From: a virus
Length of the DNA: 64,000 nucleotides
IMG/VR virus record: IMGVR_UViG_3300050343_000163
Strand: one strand, 5' to 3'
Positions 12,301 to 19,546 of the stretch are shown here, one piece after another. The translations under genes and the position numbers were made by a program. Each line of letters starts with the position of its first letter. Within the stretch, counting starts at the first letter, position 1. The notes under the pieces were generated by a model. It saw only the letters and a list, made by a program, of their open reading frames with translations. It did no database searches and was not told the origin of the DNA.

Positions 12301-15300
12301 CCAAACAAAGTATCAACAGCAGCGACAGCTGAACCACACTTAGGTAGTAGTTCAGTTGCATCCCAGTCTTCTACGATAGTAGTATCAATGACTTGAGTTT
12401 TAGTATTAGAAACATCAGTGGTTACAGTTTCATTCTTGATAACCTGCATGGCGATGTTCTTCGCCTCAAGCATTACCTTAGCAGCTTCATCACGTTCAGC
12501 ATCAAGGAACGTTGAGATGTTAGTACCAGTTTGATAATCGTAGTTAGTGACATAGATCTTAGCAGCATCATATGTCTTATAGTTACCACCAAACTTAACG
12601 TCCCACATAACTTCTTTAAGGACAGTAATAACATCATCCTTACAATCCTGTGCAGTGTTATTTGCCTGTGGTGTGTAAGCAGGATATGCAGCAATCATAC
12701 GAAGATATGCTTCTTCTGCAATGAAGTCTAGGTTAGAAGTTACCATGTCATGTGCATCACACTCGATGTCACCTACGATTGGTGGATCACCTGTCTGATC
12801 TAGTGTGATATTAAGGTCACGATCATAGTAAACGTTATTTAATGCACGCTGCATTAAATCTTCAGCACGCTTGAATGCAGTGATAGAAGGTGCAACTTCA
12901 GCATCAACACCGTTAGCAATTAATGCATTATTATTAAAGTATTCTTTAGTTGCAGCGATAGTAAACTCGTTACCACCAAACCAGAGATCCTGTGCAACAG
13001 CATCAACAACGATACCAAGATCTCTACGACACTTAGCTTCGCCAGTGATGAATGTTCCAGCATTAGCAGCAGAGTTCCAGATACCACCAGTAATATTACC
13101 AGCAGTGATTGCATCAGTAGCAATAGTTCCTAGTGTAGTGATAGCATTCTGAACATCAGCACATGCAGTAGAAGAATTTCTAGCAACAGTGCCATTGCCA
13201 TCTCCATATTGACTCTCACCTTCAGTTACAGTGAGATCTTTATAGTATAGTTGGTTAGTAACTGCTCTCTTCATTTCATTAAGAGCAGTGTTGAAAGCAG
13301 TAACACTTTCTGCTTCTTCACCAACAAGACCGTTGTTTAGAGGTGTAGTAGCATTAGTGAAGTATTGCTCAGTGAATGTTCTAGTATGCTTATTACCTTC
13401 ACAGAACATATCAACAGAGATAGCATCGATAAAGTAACCGATGTCACGAGCACACTTAAGTTCGCCAGGACCTCTACCACTACCATAGTTAACCTCAATA
13501 GGCATGGTGCTGAGGTTACCATTAGAAAGAATTGTAGTTACAATACTTGTTAATGAGTCAACAGCAGATTGAACGTCAGAGCATAGAGCAGTCTGAGCAT
13601 CGATTAGTTGATTTGCAGTGTTACCAGCAAAGTTTACACAATTAGCAACAGCACTTACAAATGTATGATCGTATTGCTGTCCAGCAGGAGATGCACCAAC
13701 ATTAACTGTGATACTATCTGTCGTAGATGCAGTAATCTCAAGGTACTGTCCAGATGCAGGGTCTGTATTACGTGGATATGCATGGTTACTACCATTGCTA
13801 TCCATAGTACATGTAAATACAACTCCAGAATCTGCAATCTTAACACGGTCGCCATTACTTAAACCATGGTTAGCGATACTAAGAACCATATCACCAGTTG
13901 CTGCATTATAAGTTGCACCATGTGGTGTGTAATTTTTAGATACCTGACCATATGCTGAGCCAGGTGCATTGTCTGCTGTTCTGAATAGATCTTTTTCGTA
14001 AAGCTGATTAGTGATCGCTTTCTTGATCGTCTCAGCAGCTTTATTGAAGTTGGTATTGTATACCCCTGAGTTGAATGAGAACTCAGGAGTTGAAGCATCT
14101 GTAAAGAACTCTGCTCCAAATCTGTGAGTGTAAACATTACCTTTACAGAACAAGTCAAGTGCGATACTATCAACAAAGATACCAATATCTCTACGGCATT
14201 TCTCTTCACCAGGACCTGCGATATATGCTGTCTCGGCAGGTAGAGCGGATAGGTCACCAGCAGCAATCTGTGTCGTAACAATATCAACTAGAGTTGTGAT
14301 TGCAGATTGTACATCATCACATGCACCAGCGTTAGTGTTAGCAATGTCTCCACCACCTCCACCATATTGTGCAGGACCTGGTGTAACTGTAGGATCTTGA
14401 ATAGAAAGTTGGTTAGCTACAGCAGATTTCATTAAATCTCTTGCTTGGTTAAATGCGTAGATACTTTCAGTCTCTTCACCTTGTAGACCACCAGAGATCC
14501 AAGCATTACCAGCAGCATTAAAGTATTCTTGAATAAACTTACGTGCGTACTTGTTACCACCAACGAAGAGGTCAAGAGATACAGAATCAACGAAGATGCC
14601 CATGTCACGCTTACACTTAACTTCAGTAGCTGCAGCGCCTGCATACTGTCCTAGTGTATTTGTCCATGCAGTGTTGACAATCTCAGTTTTGTTTTGCTGG
14701 ATTAAACGATAACCATCAGCATATCTTGAACGTGCATCAGTCTGTTGATCACCAACAAAGTAATAGTCTGGATGTTGTACAGTTGTTTCTGCCAATGCAA
14801 CATCAATAATCTGGTTTCTATTGTTTGCAATCAAACGATATGCAGATGCATATCTAGATCCTTCATCAGTCTGATTATCACCATCAATATAGAAATTAGG
14901 ATGAGCAACAGCAATAGCTGCAAGTGCCTTATCTCTAATCTCAGAAGAGTTACGACGGATCATTCTAAATCCATCAGCAAGTCTAGACTGTGAATTGGTT
15001 TGTGTGTCGCCAGGAATGTAGAAGTCAGGATGATATACACTTACCTCAGCAAGTGCTGCATCTAGGATGAACTCTCTATTGGCGACAATTCTGTTACGTG
15101 CGTCCTTATAACGGGATGCAGGATCTGCCTTGAGTGCAAGGTCAATCGTTACACCGTTAGTTGTATCACCATCTAGTTCTGCCTGAGAACCTGTCTTACC
15201 GAGGTTGATACCATAAGGAGCAAGGTTACTGTTAGGATCAGGATCATATAGATCTGCCTGTACAGTTAGTAGGTTAGCAATAGCAAGTTTACATAGATCA

Positions 15301-17678
15301 CGAGCTCTACGGAATGCATAAGTTGCATAGTCTTCCTCACCAACTAAACCATTAGTTAGTGGATTGCCATCACCATCGAAGTAAGTTCTGGTTGCAGCAA
15401 TAACGTTAGAGTTACCACCATCCTTAAGATCTTCTGCAACAGCGTCAACAATCAGACCAATATCTCTCTTACACTTACCATCACCAATACCTTGGATCAC
15501 ACTAGATCCATAGGTTGTGATCATATCATCGAATGCTGTATCAACAATCTGTTGACGGTTAGCAGCAATTAGATTACGAGCATCAAAGTATCTGTTGCCT
15601 GCAGGATTTAGACCAGGATTAACATAAGGAATATTCTGGAGTCTAGGATACTTCTCTAAGATATATCCGAAGACTTCCTCCTGAATCATACGACGGTTAG
15701 ATTCGATTAAGTTAGCAGCATCTGCATAGACACTATTAACTACACCACCAGAAGGATTGAGAATAGAACCCTTAGCAACATACTTAACAAAACCAGTTGG
15801 TTCTAGTTGTGCATTAAAGAATTCATCTGTGCCAGGAGCATTATCTAATTTAACATATAATTTATCATCAGATTTAGCACCAAGTCTATAACCATTGATG
15901 GTCGCAGCTGGTCTTACCAGAGGATCTACGATGTCATCATTACCAAGGAATAGTTTGGTGTAATTCTGAGAAGTTTGTAGAGTTCCTTGAATATCAATTG
16001 TATAATAATTGATCTTCTTGGTACTAGCAGTATTATCAATAACTGCTTCAGGTGGAATGATGTCAGTAATGAAACCACCTTTATCTTGGTTAAAGGCAAA
16101 TCCTTTGAAACCAATAGCATGAAGTGATGTATTACCAAAGTTGGAGTTTGAGTTCGTGATGGACATGTCACCACCACTTTCCATTAGGAAGTGATCAGCG
16201 AAACCAACAGCGAAGATAGAAACGTTCTGAATGAAAGCATCATCCGAAGCACGAACGTGGAAGTTTCTCCACTCATCCTTCCAATAGCTATCACCCTTGG
16301 TGTGATAAGGAACAGTAGCAAATGCATCTACTAGTGATGCTTGGTTCCATGTGTTAGTATATTCATCATAACGAATGAATGCTCTGTCATCCTTCTGCAA
16401 CGATACGCCCGTATACTGAGCGATAACCATGGATTTAAATCCAGTGGCTTTTAAACCATTCGCCCAGATACCACAAATACCCCACGTAGATCTAATCGAT
16501 ACGTTAAAGACATATGGAGATGCAGATTCAACAGAGTCAACCTCTGCTAATGTCTGTGCATTCTGTCCTAGTGCAGGAGTAGTGTCAACACTAACTGTCT
16601 GACCAGATACAATATTACTACCAATTCCACTTACAACGAATGGAACTTCGTACTTAAATTTACGAGCATCATTCTGATCAATCTCTTTGATCTGGAAGAT
16701 ACCTTCTAATACATCATCAATTTGTGTATTAGCAATAGCAACAAACTGACCAGCAAAATATCCATGGTCAACTTTAGTTGTTACTGTAATTTCTGCAGTG
16801 GATGCAGGAATACTAGGATCAGTTGTAGCATCTGCAAGAGTTAAAGACTCAATAACTCTAGAGTCAGATAAAGGACCAACAATTCTGTTCTCTTGGACTC
16901 TGAAATCAAATTCACCAGGATCATCAATTGTAGGTTGATATGCAGAGAAACCTTTTGCAATTTTTCTATAGAAAAGACTTAACTCTTCTGTATCAGCATA
17001 TTCAAATACAGTTAGCTTGTGGTGAGAAAAATTTGGTGCGGATTTTTTTGCGAAATCCTTAGGATCATAATAAACTAAACCACTTCCTTCAGAGTTATCA
17101 TAAAGAGGAGATTCAGATGTAGTTTGTCCATCTTTAATGGTGAACTGCCAGAAGTAACAACCACCAGTTACGTTAAAGATTGCAGAGCGAGGAATTTCAC
17201 GTTCCGTTGTTGCAGGGTCGGGAACGTACATTGGACGAACAACAGTTCTTCTTAGGTCATAACCTACGAGAGAAGAACCTCTAGGGATGATTGCACCACC
17301 CTCAGTGTTGTTGTACTTATAGAAAATGTTATCTGGGTTAGAGATGTCAAGGATACTATCATCAGTCCAAGCGTTAGTAGCTTGATCAAATCCAAATACA
17401 TCAATACCGCTAGTGTCAACAAGACCAGGACGGTTATCAATATAGTGAATACCAGGCATCAGCATAATGCTGAACTGGTCGAACCTATCGTTCTGGAAAC
17501 CAGGTAGATAAGAATATCTAGCAATCTCTAAGAATGCTCTCTGAATACTCTTAAAAGGTGTTACTGGTGAATTGCCTCGGTTCGATAACGCATCTGTTGC
17601 GTTAAAATCGTCTGGCGAAACATAAAGATACTTACCAGTTTTTGAACTAATAAGGTTATCTAAACGTGTTAATGGCAT
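3399..17678 (-). CDS. Giant cyanomyovirus virion structural protein, 4759 aa
   Basis: Uninterrupted ORF; N-terminus MPLTRLDNLIS...YLYVSPDDFNATD...PFKSIQRAFLE typical of cyanophage giant structural proteins; late promoter upstream. Confidence 0.9.
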   Translation of the reverse strand: MPLTRLDNLISSKTGKYLYVSPDDFNATDALSNRGNSPVTPFKSIQRAFLEIARYSYLPGFQNDRFDQFSIMLMPGIHYIDNRPGLVDTSGIDVFGFDQATNAWTDDSILDISNPDNIFYKYNNTEGGAIIPRGSSLVGYDLRRTVVRPMYVPDPATTEREIPRSAIFNVTGGCYFWQFTIKDGQTTSESPLYDNSEGSGLVYYDPKDFAKKSAPNFSHHKLTVFEYADTEELSLFYRKIAKGFSAYQPTIDDPGEFDFRVQENRIVGPLSDSRVIESLTLADATTDPSIPASTAEITVTTKVDHGYFAGQFVAIANTQIDDVLEGIFQIKEIDQNDARKFKYEVPFVVSGIGSNIVSGQTVSVDTTPALGQNAQTLAEVDSVESASPYVFNVSIRSTWGICGIWANGLKATGFKSMVIAQYTGVSLQKDDRAFIRYDEYTNTWNQASLVDAFATVPYHTKGDSYWKDEWRNFHVRASDDAFIQNVSIFAVGFADHFLMESGGDMSITNSNSNFGNTSLHAIGFKGFAFNQDKGGFITDIIPPEAVIDNTASTKKINYYTIDIQGTLQTSQNYTKLFLGNDDIVDPLVRPAATINGYRLGAKSDDKLYVKLDNAPGTDEFFNAQLEPTGFVKYVAKGSILNPSGGVVNSVYADAANLIESNRRMIQEEVFGYILEKYPRLQNIPYVNPGLNPAGNRYFDARNLIAANRQQIVDTAFDDMITTYGSSVIQGIGDGKCKRDIGLIVDAVAEDLKDGGNSNVIAATRTYFDGDGNPLTNGLVGEEDYATYAFRRARDLCKLAIANLLTVQADLYDPDPNSNLAPYGINLGKTGSQAELDGDTTNGVTIDLALKADPASRYKDARNRIVANREFILDAALAEVSVYHPDFYIPGDTQTNSQSRLADGFRMIRRNSSEIRDKALAAIAVAHPNFYIDGDNQTDEGSRYASAYRLIANNRNQIIDVALAETTVQHPDYYFVGDQQTDARSRYADGYRLIQQNKTEIVNTAWTNTLGQYAGAAATEVKCKRDMGIFVDSVSLDLFVGGNKYARKFIQEYFNAAGNAWISGGLQGEETESIYAFNQARDLMKSAVANQLSIQDPTVTPGPAQYGGGGGDIANTNAGACDDVQSAITTLVDIVTTQIAAGDLSALPAETAYIAGPGEEKCRRDIGIFVDSIALDLFCKGNVYTHRFGAEFFTDASTPEFSFNSGVYNTNFNKAAETIKKAITNQLYEKDLFRTADNAPGSAYGQVSKNYTPHGATYNAATGDMVLSIANHGLSNGDRVKIADSGVVFTCTMDSNGSNHAYPRNTDPASGQYLEITASTTDSITVNVGASPAGQQYDHTFVSAVANCVNFAGNTANQLIDAQTALCSDVQSAVDSLTSIVTTILSNGNLSTMPIEVNYGSGRGPGELKCARDIGYFIDAISVDMFCEGNKHTRTFTEQYFTNATTPLNNGLVGEEAESVTAFNTALNEMKRAVTNQLYYKDLTVTEGESQYGDGNGTVARNSSTACADVQNAITTLGTIATDAITAGNITGGIWNSAANAGTFITGEAKCRRDLGIVVDAVAQDLWFGGNEFTIAATKEYFNNNALIANGVDAEVAPSITAFKRAEDLMQRALNNVYYDRDLNITLDQTGDPPIVGDIECDAHDMVTSNLDFIAEEAYLRMIAAYPAYTPQANNTAQDCKDDVITVLKEVMWDVKFGGNYKTYDAAKIYVTNYDYQTGTNISTFLDAERDEAAKVMLEAKNIAMQVIKNETVTTDVSNTKTQVIDTTIVEDWDATELLPKCGSAVAAVDTLFGIVIQAIGNDGGVGNLDGVVRTTLDGPDPAWNKALNVISTTATSVTLNVGASASQDQYPHTFIAAATGALVSGGAYAHTFVSASADAVNVVNGSPLTPINATYDAASGDLTLYFGTAHGVTTSDQLSLDNNSLTFSCDMGRDSTTKTYPRAGSDPVAGQNVNPTAVTATSITINVGASPLVEHNVSNAVYDPATGSVALTIGSHTITSGTSVKLKEESLIFKCTKDQNVMTHSYPRASGKYRPAAYADGNCSDVLATVNALIDITCNSLNDGNLNNLPPLNNGEWDCANVRSSIEVLFDILQDAIVGGTLAGLPPLNTGDFTINNEASKCFRDVTYIVDAVVNDLRLGGNINSIQAGEAYYVGNNLEYIDGEKTETLDAWNYVGEMATAAMRNFDVLAFNCSTTTGSAIVDVNDTRGIIIGMSVKEYDDTDPTAPAYVNGLLQSGATQLVSNIPAGTYVKNIVSNTQIELGVNGSRLTEGNTVNALQTSTTTELYFVYESGIWADTLPTTKIVGPAGTGEEVIQDTTVSSTNRECSGTANAIETLVGNITTIINSGLGTVTRQEQTVNTALLASRATVFTIDVSGSGPSNPHDFETGTAVRLVPRPRFDQVTGKYVDVDKRLVRLPNGFDTNRTYYVIAPGRVTQPENYGGTSFFDGSDQTRLMLATSRENAASGIYIYASETDAIDKDVEIDLYQFVLDDKYDLHNYTGVLSTSVNAGIQTDVSHIFDAPNAGTTPQKAFIRAVEGGVLPLISQTYVNDPQVAVTDSQNSAIGRINPNIEFFTRYQNNKTLTLHKTHADAINNVNPITFASGQSGLEFNVYANKSRSPMRFDPGFTDATATNGKWYIQCKDEVTGSGDPTDNIFWRISQSDYADRQRSTDMWYQRLEDNRDKDDRTYKLRMVIPKYLENARDPINGFVVKTRTDDTRKLVPQKIVLKPVVGTVYGARFENPVQAGEYIGYDSADFNTNSLNLDAQYDPFKKDQTGAGIEYRAFARFTSGIQATIQSGRYVEDVLDPSIKYLELNLYDHAVDTRNFPGLRNETFTTIKITAPQGGNFVTSKVDNTSGSPNAISFTGNSSGLANVHAYYTVNGEHYLIIKNVRSGDLEYSEYANTRFTQGTVFADMLEDQDMGKSLPLKTQIRKNNPQFFYKQNGANVYTITPGDRIQDDAGVEYYVDSVEDAGVIEDTFYIFGYDTLQKRISGQQDGIYYLTALRGNVSPFPTGAGVTNNFKKFKFSQPVSKLYPLNYRNDPLWFKKSGTSQEEKDLYAALIDPPQVYSAADNYVHGLVTVNDFKNSTTREMVADLTEQPAFLLNTYTGVNAIQAQSGNATSGSEDRRIPISGDSTVLSDQRYYVELRRPSIARAGNHTFEYLGFGPGNYSTGLPARQEVVLTPEEDFYAQSKKQDGGIVFYTGINSQGDLYIGNRRINAITGEETFIDTATLADDGDEDDTIGGLVTTFDTPVTFNQNITVVGGDGQLVNTFESPITIAVQDSDLTQARHALIIRSNVSSVDPVTQLQQDEGLDRTAFAPPTEGDIRLSKNRIRSAIFQFNARGNGQSYMFQTHTISGVASNITPNQSPLIASGGSRIDASQFVTYGGVLAAPGDVLFKGSEIGKNGSIAWVLSNYFSQIADNQIDNIEFDGTNVVKISFRDFNSGVTLSNTDIGITSASQIRIKNFYYDPRLNLTWVVYAAKPGDAFSPSNNYCHFQVIDQIPQATEPWENIIAGTSAGADQPTIEFSNANFKEVGVLGAEALRTETETIGEYKLGINTVARAPHSAYTNAWVDTLTTDPRANLDVVGNTFISGRITGDFLDHTNFADRDKTAIDNALLVGGDSSAPNDEAVLRVATTNSGRVGINVDNSQLDRALVVDGTSRFTDDVRFEHDIEVNGDDGVIAEIRTSQTTGTFNLIDDTTFTGTVNFGSEVTYLNMLNDSVDDQFINIGRGSAHSNIWLGATPDSSGVGISKVEIGGAYLNSNEDLSYTKINTRNFRVDGDMWLGFRRGIGETVELKSQASQVEFFSNSGGPSILNFALNASEINIAGQGGKTTINNQLEVVASAKFLGDMHMCGGVASFAFEGGRAQLGTDISAHEDGILSDTLFNKNIDILNILVVGTTEEGYNQVDTAGSGTWGGAAYQQAVNIGGVIEPTDLSALSGDQFYLPLKNQPVKANGDPYFGTNDYIIINSAVVGSGSSATSHPEILQIVELTRINAAPYYVKVKRRPFGAFGGILENHADTTPIFKVNVQFDATWTEQALDSDSSATDNVYLSEFGGSLTNNDYVIVDRDDSPKVPEYVKVVSPLDQQVQKFRVSNCSDPDEDVFVVNSVTGEVQIGNPNIPGSVLTINSSLAFDGGCGTLNQVEFTGNIESRSRVISNVTITTANKTLADIKPGDSLKILTDSCPVKTLQDTKVDFIFGGAIYLNQSFIGGSSATGISMKAERDELFTVKDGGENRTFEINSCSGTTDIGSYVGRLDVGIAWSSNSSYTTTASLESVVDLDDVVAYSYYVDPQTIQSNGPSTTISAATATGNDATLLQIPVQSLGEGSGAFVVGDLIAIGPTASFATSGQLEFLEIDGVITGAIPTLIAKRAQEGTVEMTHNVGDSVRRLIKHKDWSRVNDAEIRQRQSGGAPVDYLSVIIERGYIVQQKLDYKQWIRFSNKSNSEEVLAVVNGRLDGKIHTTVMNEQLGDGAKSYRQGSLHVTNNLTLGGGDFIIYDSVRQTELFKLTNDDGHADHQGLLNWDAGVVARGDFFLYPSSCPENVIQSLDCTPSFSIDNLGNGTVKTSLTITGVSTTTPTETNVFSVQNLGVNGADQFEVKQDRSIDAFGINNYYTSNGARHTRYISAASPEADLTLVPNIVYMANIQSTQTLIVTLPDGAKTGDVVRLIDVGGNLKYDTTLVIRTPETSGTPIQGDSTGTLFGDRITPYPSGELVVQTANAAFALIYLGSTDSNNQIGIPTSVQGWWLMEV
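11100..15500 (-). repeat. Seven dispersed helical repeats (KCxRDxGxxVDAVxxDLxxGGN) in the giant protein
   Basis: KCKRDIGLIVDAVAEDL, KCKRDMGIFVDSVSLDL, KCRRDIGIFVDSIALDL, KCARDIGYFIDAISVDM, KCRRDLGIVVDAVAQDL, DCKDDVITVLKEVMWDV, KCFRDVTYIVDAVVNDL; boundaries approximate. Confidence 0.85.
14670..15120 (-). repeat. Tandem ~43-aa repeat (about 3.5 copies) in the giant protein
   Basis: SRYxxxxRxIxxNRxxIxDxALAxxxVxHPDFYxxGDxQT recurs with ~129-nt period; boundaries approximate. Confidence 0.85.
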
Positions 17679-17717
17679 GATTACTCTGACCCTGCGGTGA
17701 TACTTTGTCCTCGGGTT

Positions 17718-17725
17718 TATTTATA
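17718..17725 (-). promoter_or_regulatory. T4-type late promoter TATAAATA
   Basis: Exact TATAAATA ~40 nt upstream of the giant structural gene. Confidence 0.85.
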
Positions 17726-17763
17726 CCAGTAGAAGACTGAAAATACTGTTGGGTTCTAAGATT

Positions 17764-17785
17764 TAGAAGTAGTGAGATTTGAACC
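17764..17785 (-). pseudogene. 3' remnant of a tRNA (T-loop, 3' T-stem, 3' acceptor strand)
   Basis: Minus strand GG-TTCAAAT-CTCAC-TACTTCT-A directly after the HNH stop codon; no 5' half present. Confidence 0.6.
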
Positions 17786-18136
17786 TTATGGCATAACAAT
17801 GAGTTCAGGTAGATCTACGTAACCATTCTGTAATAGTCTATTACAGTTTGCACATATTGGGGCACATTTATCAATTTCTTCTTGTAATGTCTTGTAACTA
17901 GCTATCTGTAATAATTTCGATACGCTGTGTTTTTTTGGTGATGGATCTACATGAATAAGATCCATTTGTATAGGATGAAAATCTTTATTACAGATGATAC
18001 ATGAATGCTTCTTTGCATCCTCTACTATCTGCTTTCTCCTCTGAGAACCAATTTGATTTGATTTAATAGTTTTTGAATTCTTTTTCGCCCACTCGCGCTG
18101 ATACTTACGATTTTCTTCTTTATCTTTGTAAGGCAT
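17786..18136 (-). CDS. HNH-type endonuclease, possibly degenerate
   Basis: CIIC...MDLIHVDP...EIDKCAPICANCNR Zn-binding HNH layout; basic N-terminus YQREWAKKN. Confidence 0.75.
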   Translation of the reverse strand: MPYKDKEENRKYQREWAKKNSKTIKSNQIGSQRRKQIVEDAKKHSCIICNKDFHPIQMDLIHVDPSPKKHSVSKLLQIASYKTLQEEIDKCAPICANCNRLLQNGYVDLPELIVMP

Positions 18137-18198
18137 ATCAAAAACACTTCTCTAAAACATATGTAGATGTATTCTAGTTGTTCTTTGTATGTTATCAT
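18025..18198 (-). CDS. Possible small protein (MITYKEQLEYIYICFREVFLIC...) overlapping the HNH start
   Basis: ATG 3 nt after the tRNA-Asn 3' end; only the first ~24 codons are non-overlapping. Confidence 0.3.
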   Translation of the reverse strand: MITYKEQLEYIYICFREVFLICLTKIKKKIVSISASGRKRIQKLLNQIKLVLRGESR

Positions 18199-18200
18199 AA

Positions 18201-18272
18201 CTCCCCTTCCTGGGATCGAACCAGGGACAAATTGATTAACAGTCAACCGCTCTACCGCTGAGCTAAAGAGGA
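18201..18272 (-). tRNA. tRNA-Asn(GTT), CCA not encoded
   Basis: Cloverleaf TCCTCTT/AAGGGGA, anticodon arm GTTGA-CTGTTAA-TCAAT, T-arm CCTGG-TTCGATC-CCAGG. Confidence 0.97.
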
Positions 18273-18275
18273 TTG

Positions 18276-18291
18276 GGGGACCGAAGTCCCC
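18276..18291 (-). terminator. cUUCGg hairpin (terminator or processing signal) between the ParB-like gene and tRNA-Asn
   Basis: GGGGAC-TTCG-GTCCCC; no U-tract. Confidence 0.5.
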
Positions 18292-18299
18292 TTAAATTA

Positions 18300-19283
18300 T
18301 TACTTAACTAGTTCAGTAGAGTCTTCTTCACCGATGATTTGAGGAATGAATCCCTCTAATTTAAACATCTTAAAGTTCTTACCTTCTTCCAAACGCTTTT
18401 GGAATGCTGCTTCAAATGCACCATTGGCAGAATCTACTTTTTCCTGTGCTTTTTCACGGAAGTAAGGAACCTCATCAGCTTCGATACCTTGAGTATAACC
18501 AATGAAAGATAGTTCTCCTGCTCCATAAAATGCACTAATGAAAGCACGATCAAAGTAAGTTGTTTTGATTCCTCCACCCTTCTGAGCAGAAACATTGAGA
18601 GGAACTACCTTCAGGTTGTTTGGACAATGCCTAGCAGCAAAAGCATTTGCCTTTGGAGAATCAATAGCAACAACACTAGCAGAACAACGATGCTTCTTAA
18701 GGCATTCGTCAGCTATATCAATAACTTGTTTCTGGACAAATGAATGGGGAATGTTGTTTACCCAATCAATGCAGTAACCAGTAGAAGGAAGTACATCATT
18801 CTCGGTCAAATACAAGGAAATATGTCCGTTCAAACGCCTCTTGAAGTCATTGATAGTAGCACCTTTGGAAGGTGGATGATCATTAGCACCTAGACCAATC
18901 TCATCAAGCATCTCTTTCTCAGTAAAACCATCCTTCAACTCAAGTTCATTGAAGATTCCATGAGTTAGTCCAAGTTCAAGCATGGCACCATAACGAGTAA
19001 ATCCATCATAAAGATTGGACTTGTAGATATATGGTGGTTGTACACTAGTCAAAAGACCATGTACTGCCATGTTGCTCTTGATGAGTTCTTTATTGACTCT
19101 ATCAGTACCAATAGAGCGAGCTACATTAACTTCTTGTCCAGCATCGTTGGTAATACCTACTTCATCAAGAGAATATAAGTTTCTCTCACGGACGATGTAA
19201 GTACGTCCTTCAGGCAATTGAAGATTTTCGTACCAAGAAGCTTCAGGTAATTGACCTGCAATAATTTTTTTGTAATTTAACAT
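18300..19283 (-). CDS. Hypothetical protein with ParB/Srx-like N-terminal domain, 327 aa
   Basis: ARSIG...GLLTSVQPPYI...LYDGFTRYGAMLELG resembles the ParB/Srx P-x-DGxxR-xxA motif. Confidence 0.6.
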   Translation of the reverse strand: MLNYKKIIAGQLPEASWYENLQLPEGRTYIVRERNLYSLDEVGITNDAGQEVNVARSIGTDRVNKELIKSNMAVHGLLTSVQPPYIYKSNLYDGFTRYGAMLELGLTHGIFNELELKDGFTEKEMLDEIGLGANDHPPSKGATINDFKRRLNGHISLYLTENDVLPSTGYCIDWVNNIPHSFVQKQVIDIADECLKKHRCSASVVAIDSPKANAFAARHCPNNLKVVPLNVSAQKGGGIKTTYFDRAFISAFYGAGELSFIGYTQGIEADEVPYFREKAQEKVDSANGAFEAAFQKRLEEGKNFKMFKLEGFIPQIIGEEDSTELVK

Positions 19284-19348
19284 TTTTCAGATTTGCAATA
19301 GCATAATATTTCGGTTTTGACGCTTTACGCTAACTCTACCGATTGAGT

Positions 19349-19528
19349 TATAGGGGTGGGAGGTTGGATTTCTGTGTACCAACAAAAGACGGGCATTACT
19401 ACAGAGTAATTCATCTTTGCCTGAGACCCGACTGGTTGGTCGGTTCATATCCTAAGATAGCAGCACCACCTGTGTCTCATCACCTTAACCAGCAGTATGC
19501 CAGTAAGTTTATTCAGTCACTCCCTATA
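19349..19528 (-). ncRNA. Structured RNA, probably the manA motif
   Basis: ~180-nt GC-richer intergenic stretch closed by TATAGGGAGTG/CACCCCTATA helix, internal stems; sequence resembles recalled cyanophage manA RNAs; lies among tRNA genes. Confidence 0.75.
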
Positions 19529-19546
19529 GAGATGATCAATCTCTAA

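Noticed and set aside
3399-17678. Intein or DGR target in the giant protein and fibres
   Set aside because: No intein splice motifs seen, no near-identical TR/VR pair and no reverse transcriptase in the window
18143-18155. AGAAGTG upstream of the HNH could pair with the remnant acceptor strand TACTTCT, suggesting a split or intron-containing tRNA
   Set aside because: No D-arm or anticodon arm follows it and no group I intron core is visible; a 7-nt match is expected by chance
18199-18246. ORF-track start inside tRNA-Asn
   Set aside because: Overlaps a well-formed tRNA; any real start is downstream at 18198
19343-19546. 67-aa plus-strand ORF
   Set aside because: Coincides with the antisense of the manA-like RNA; no RBS or operon context
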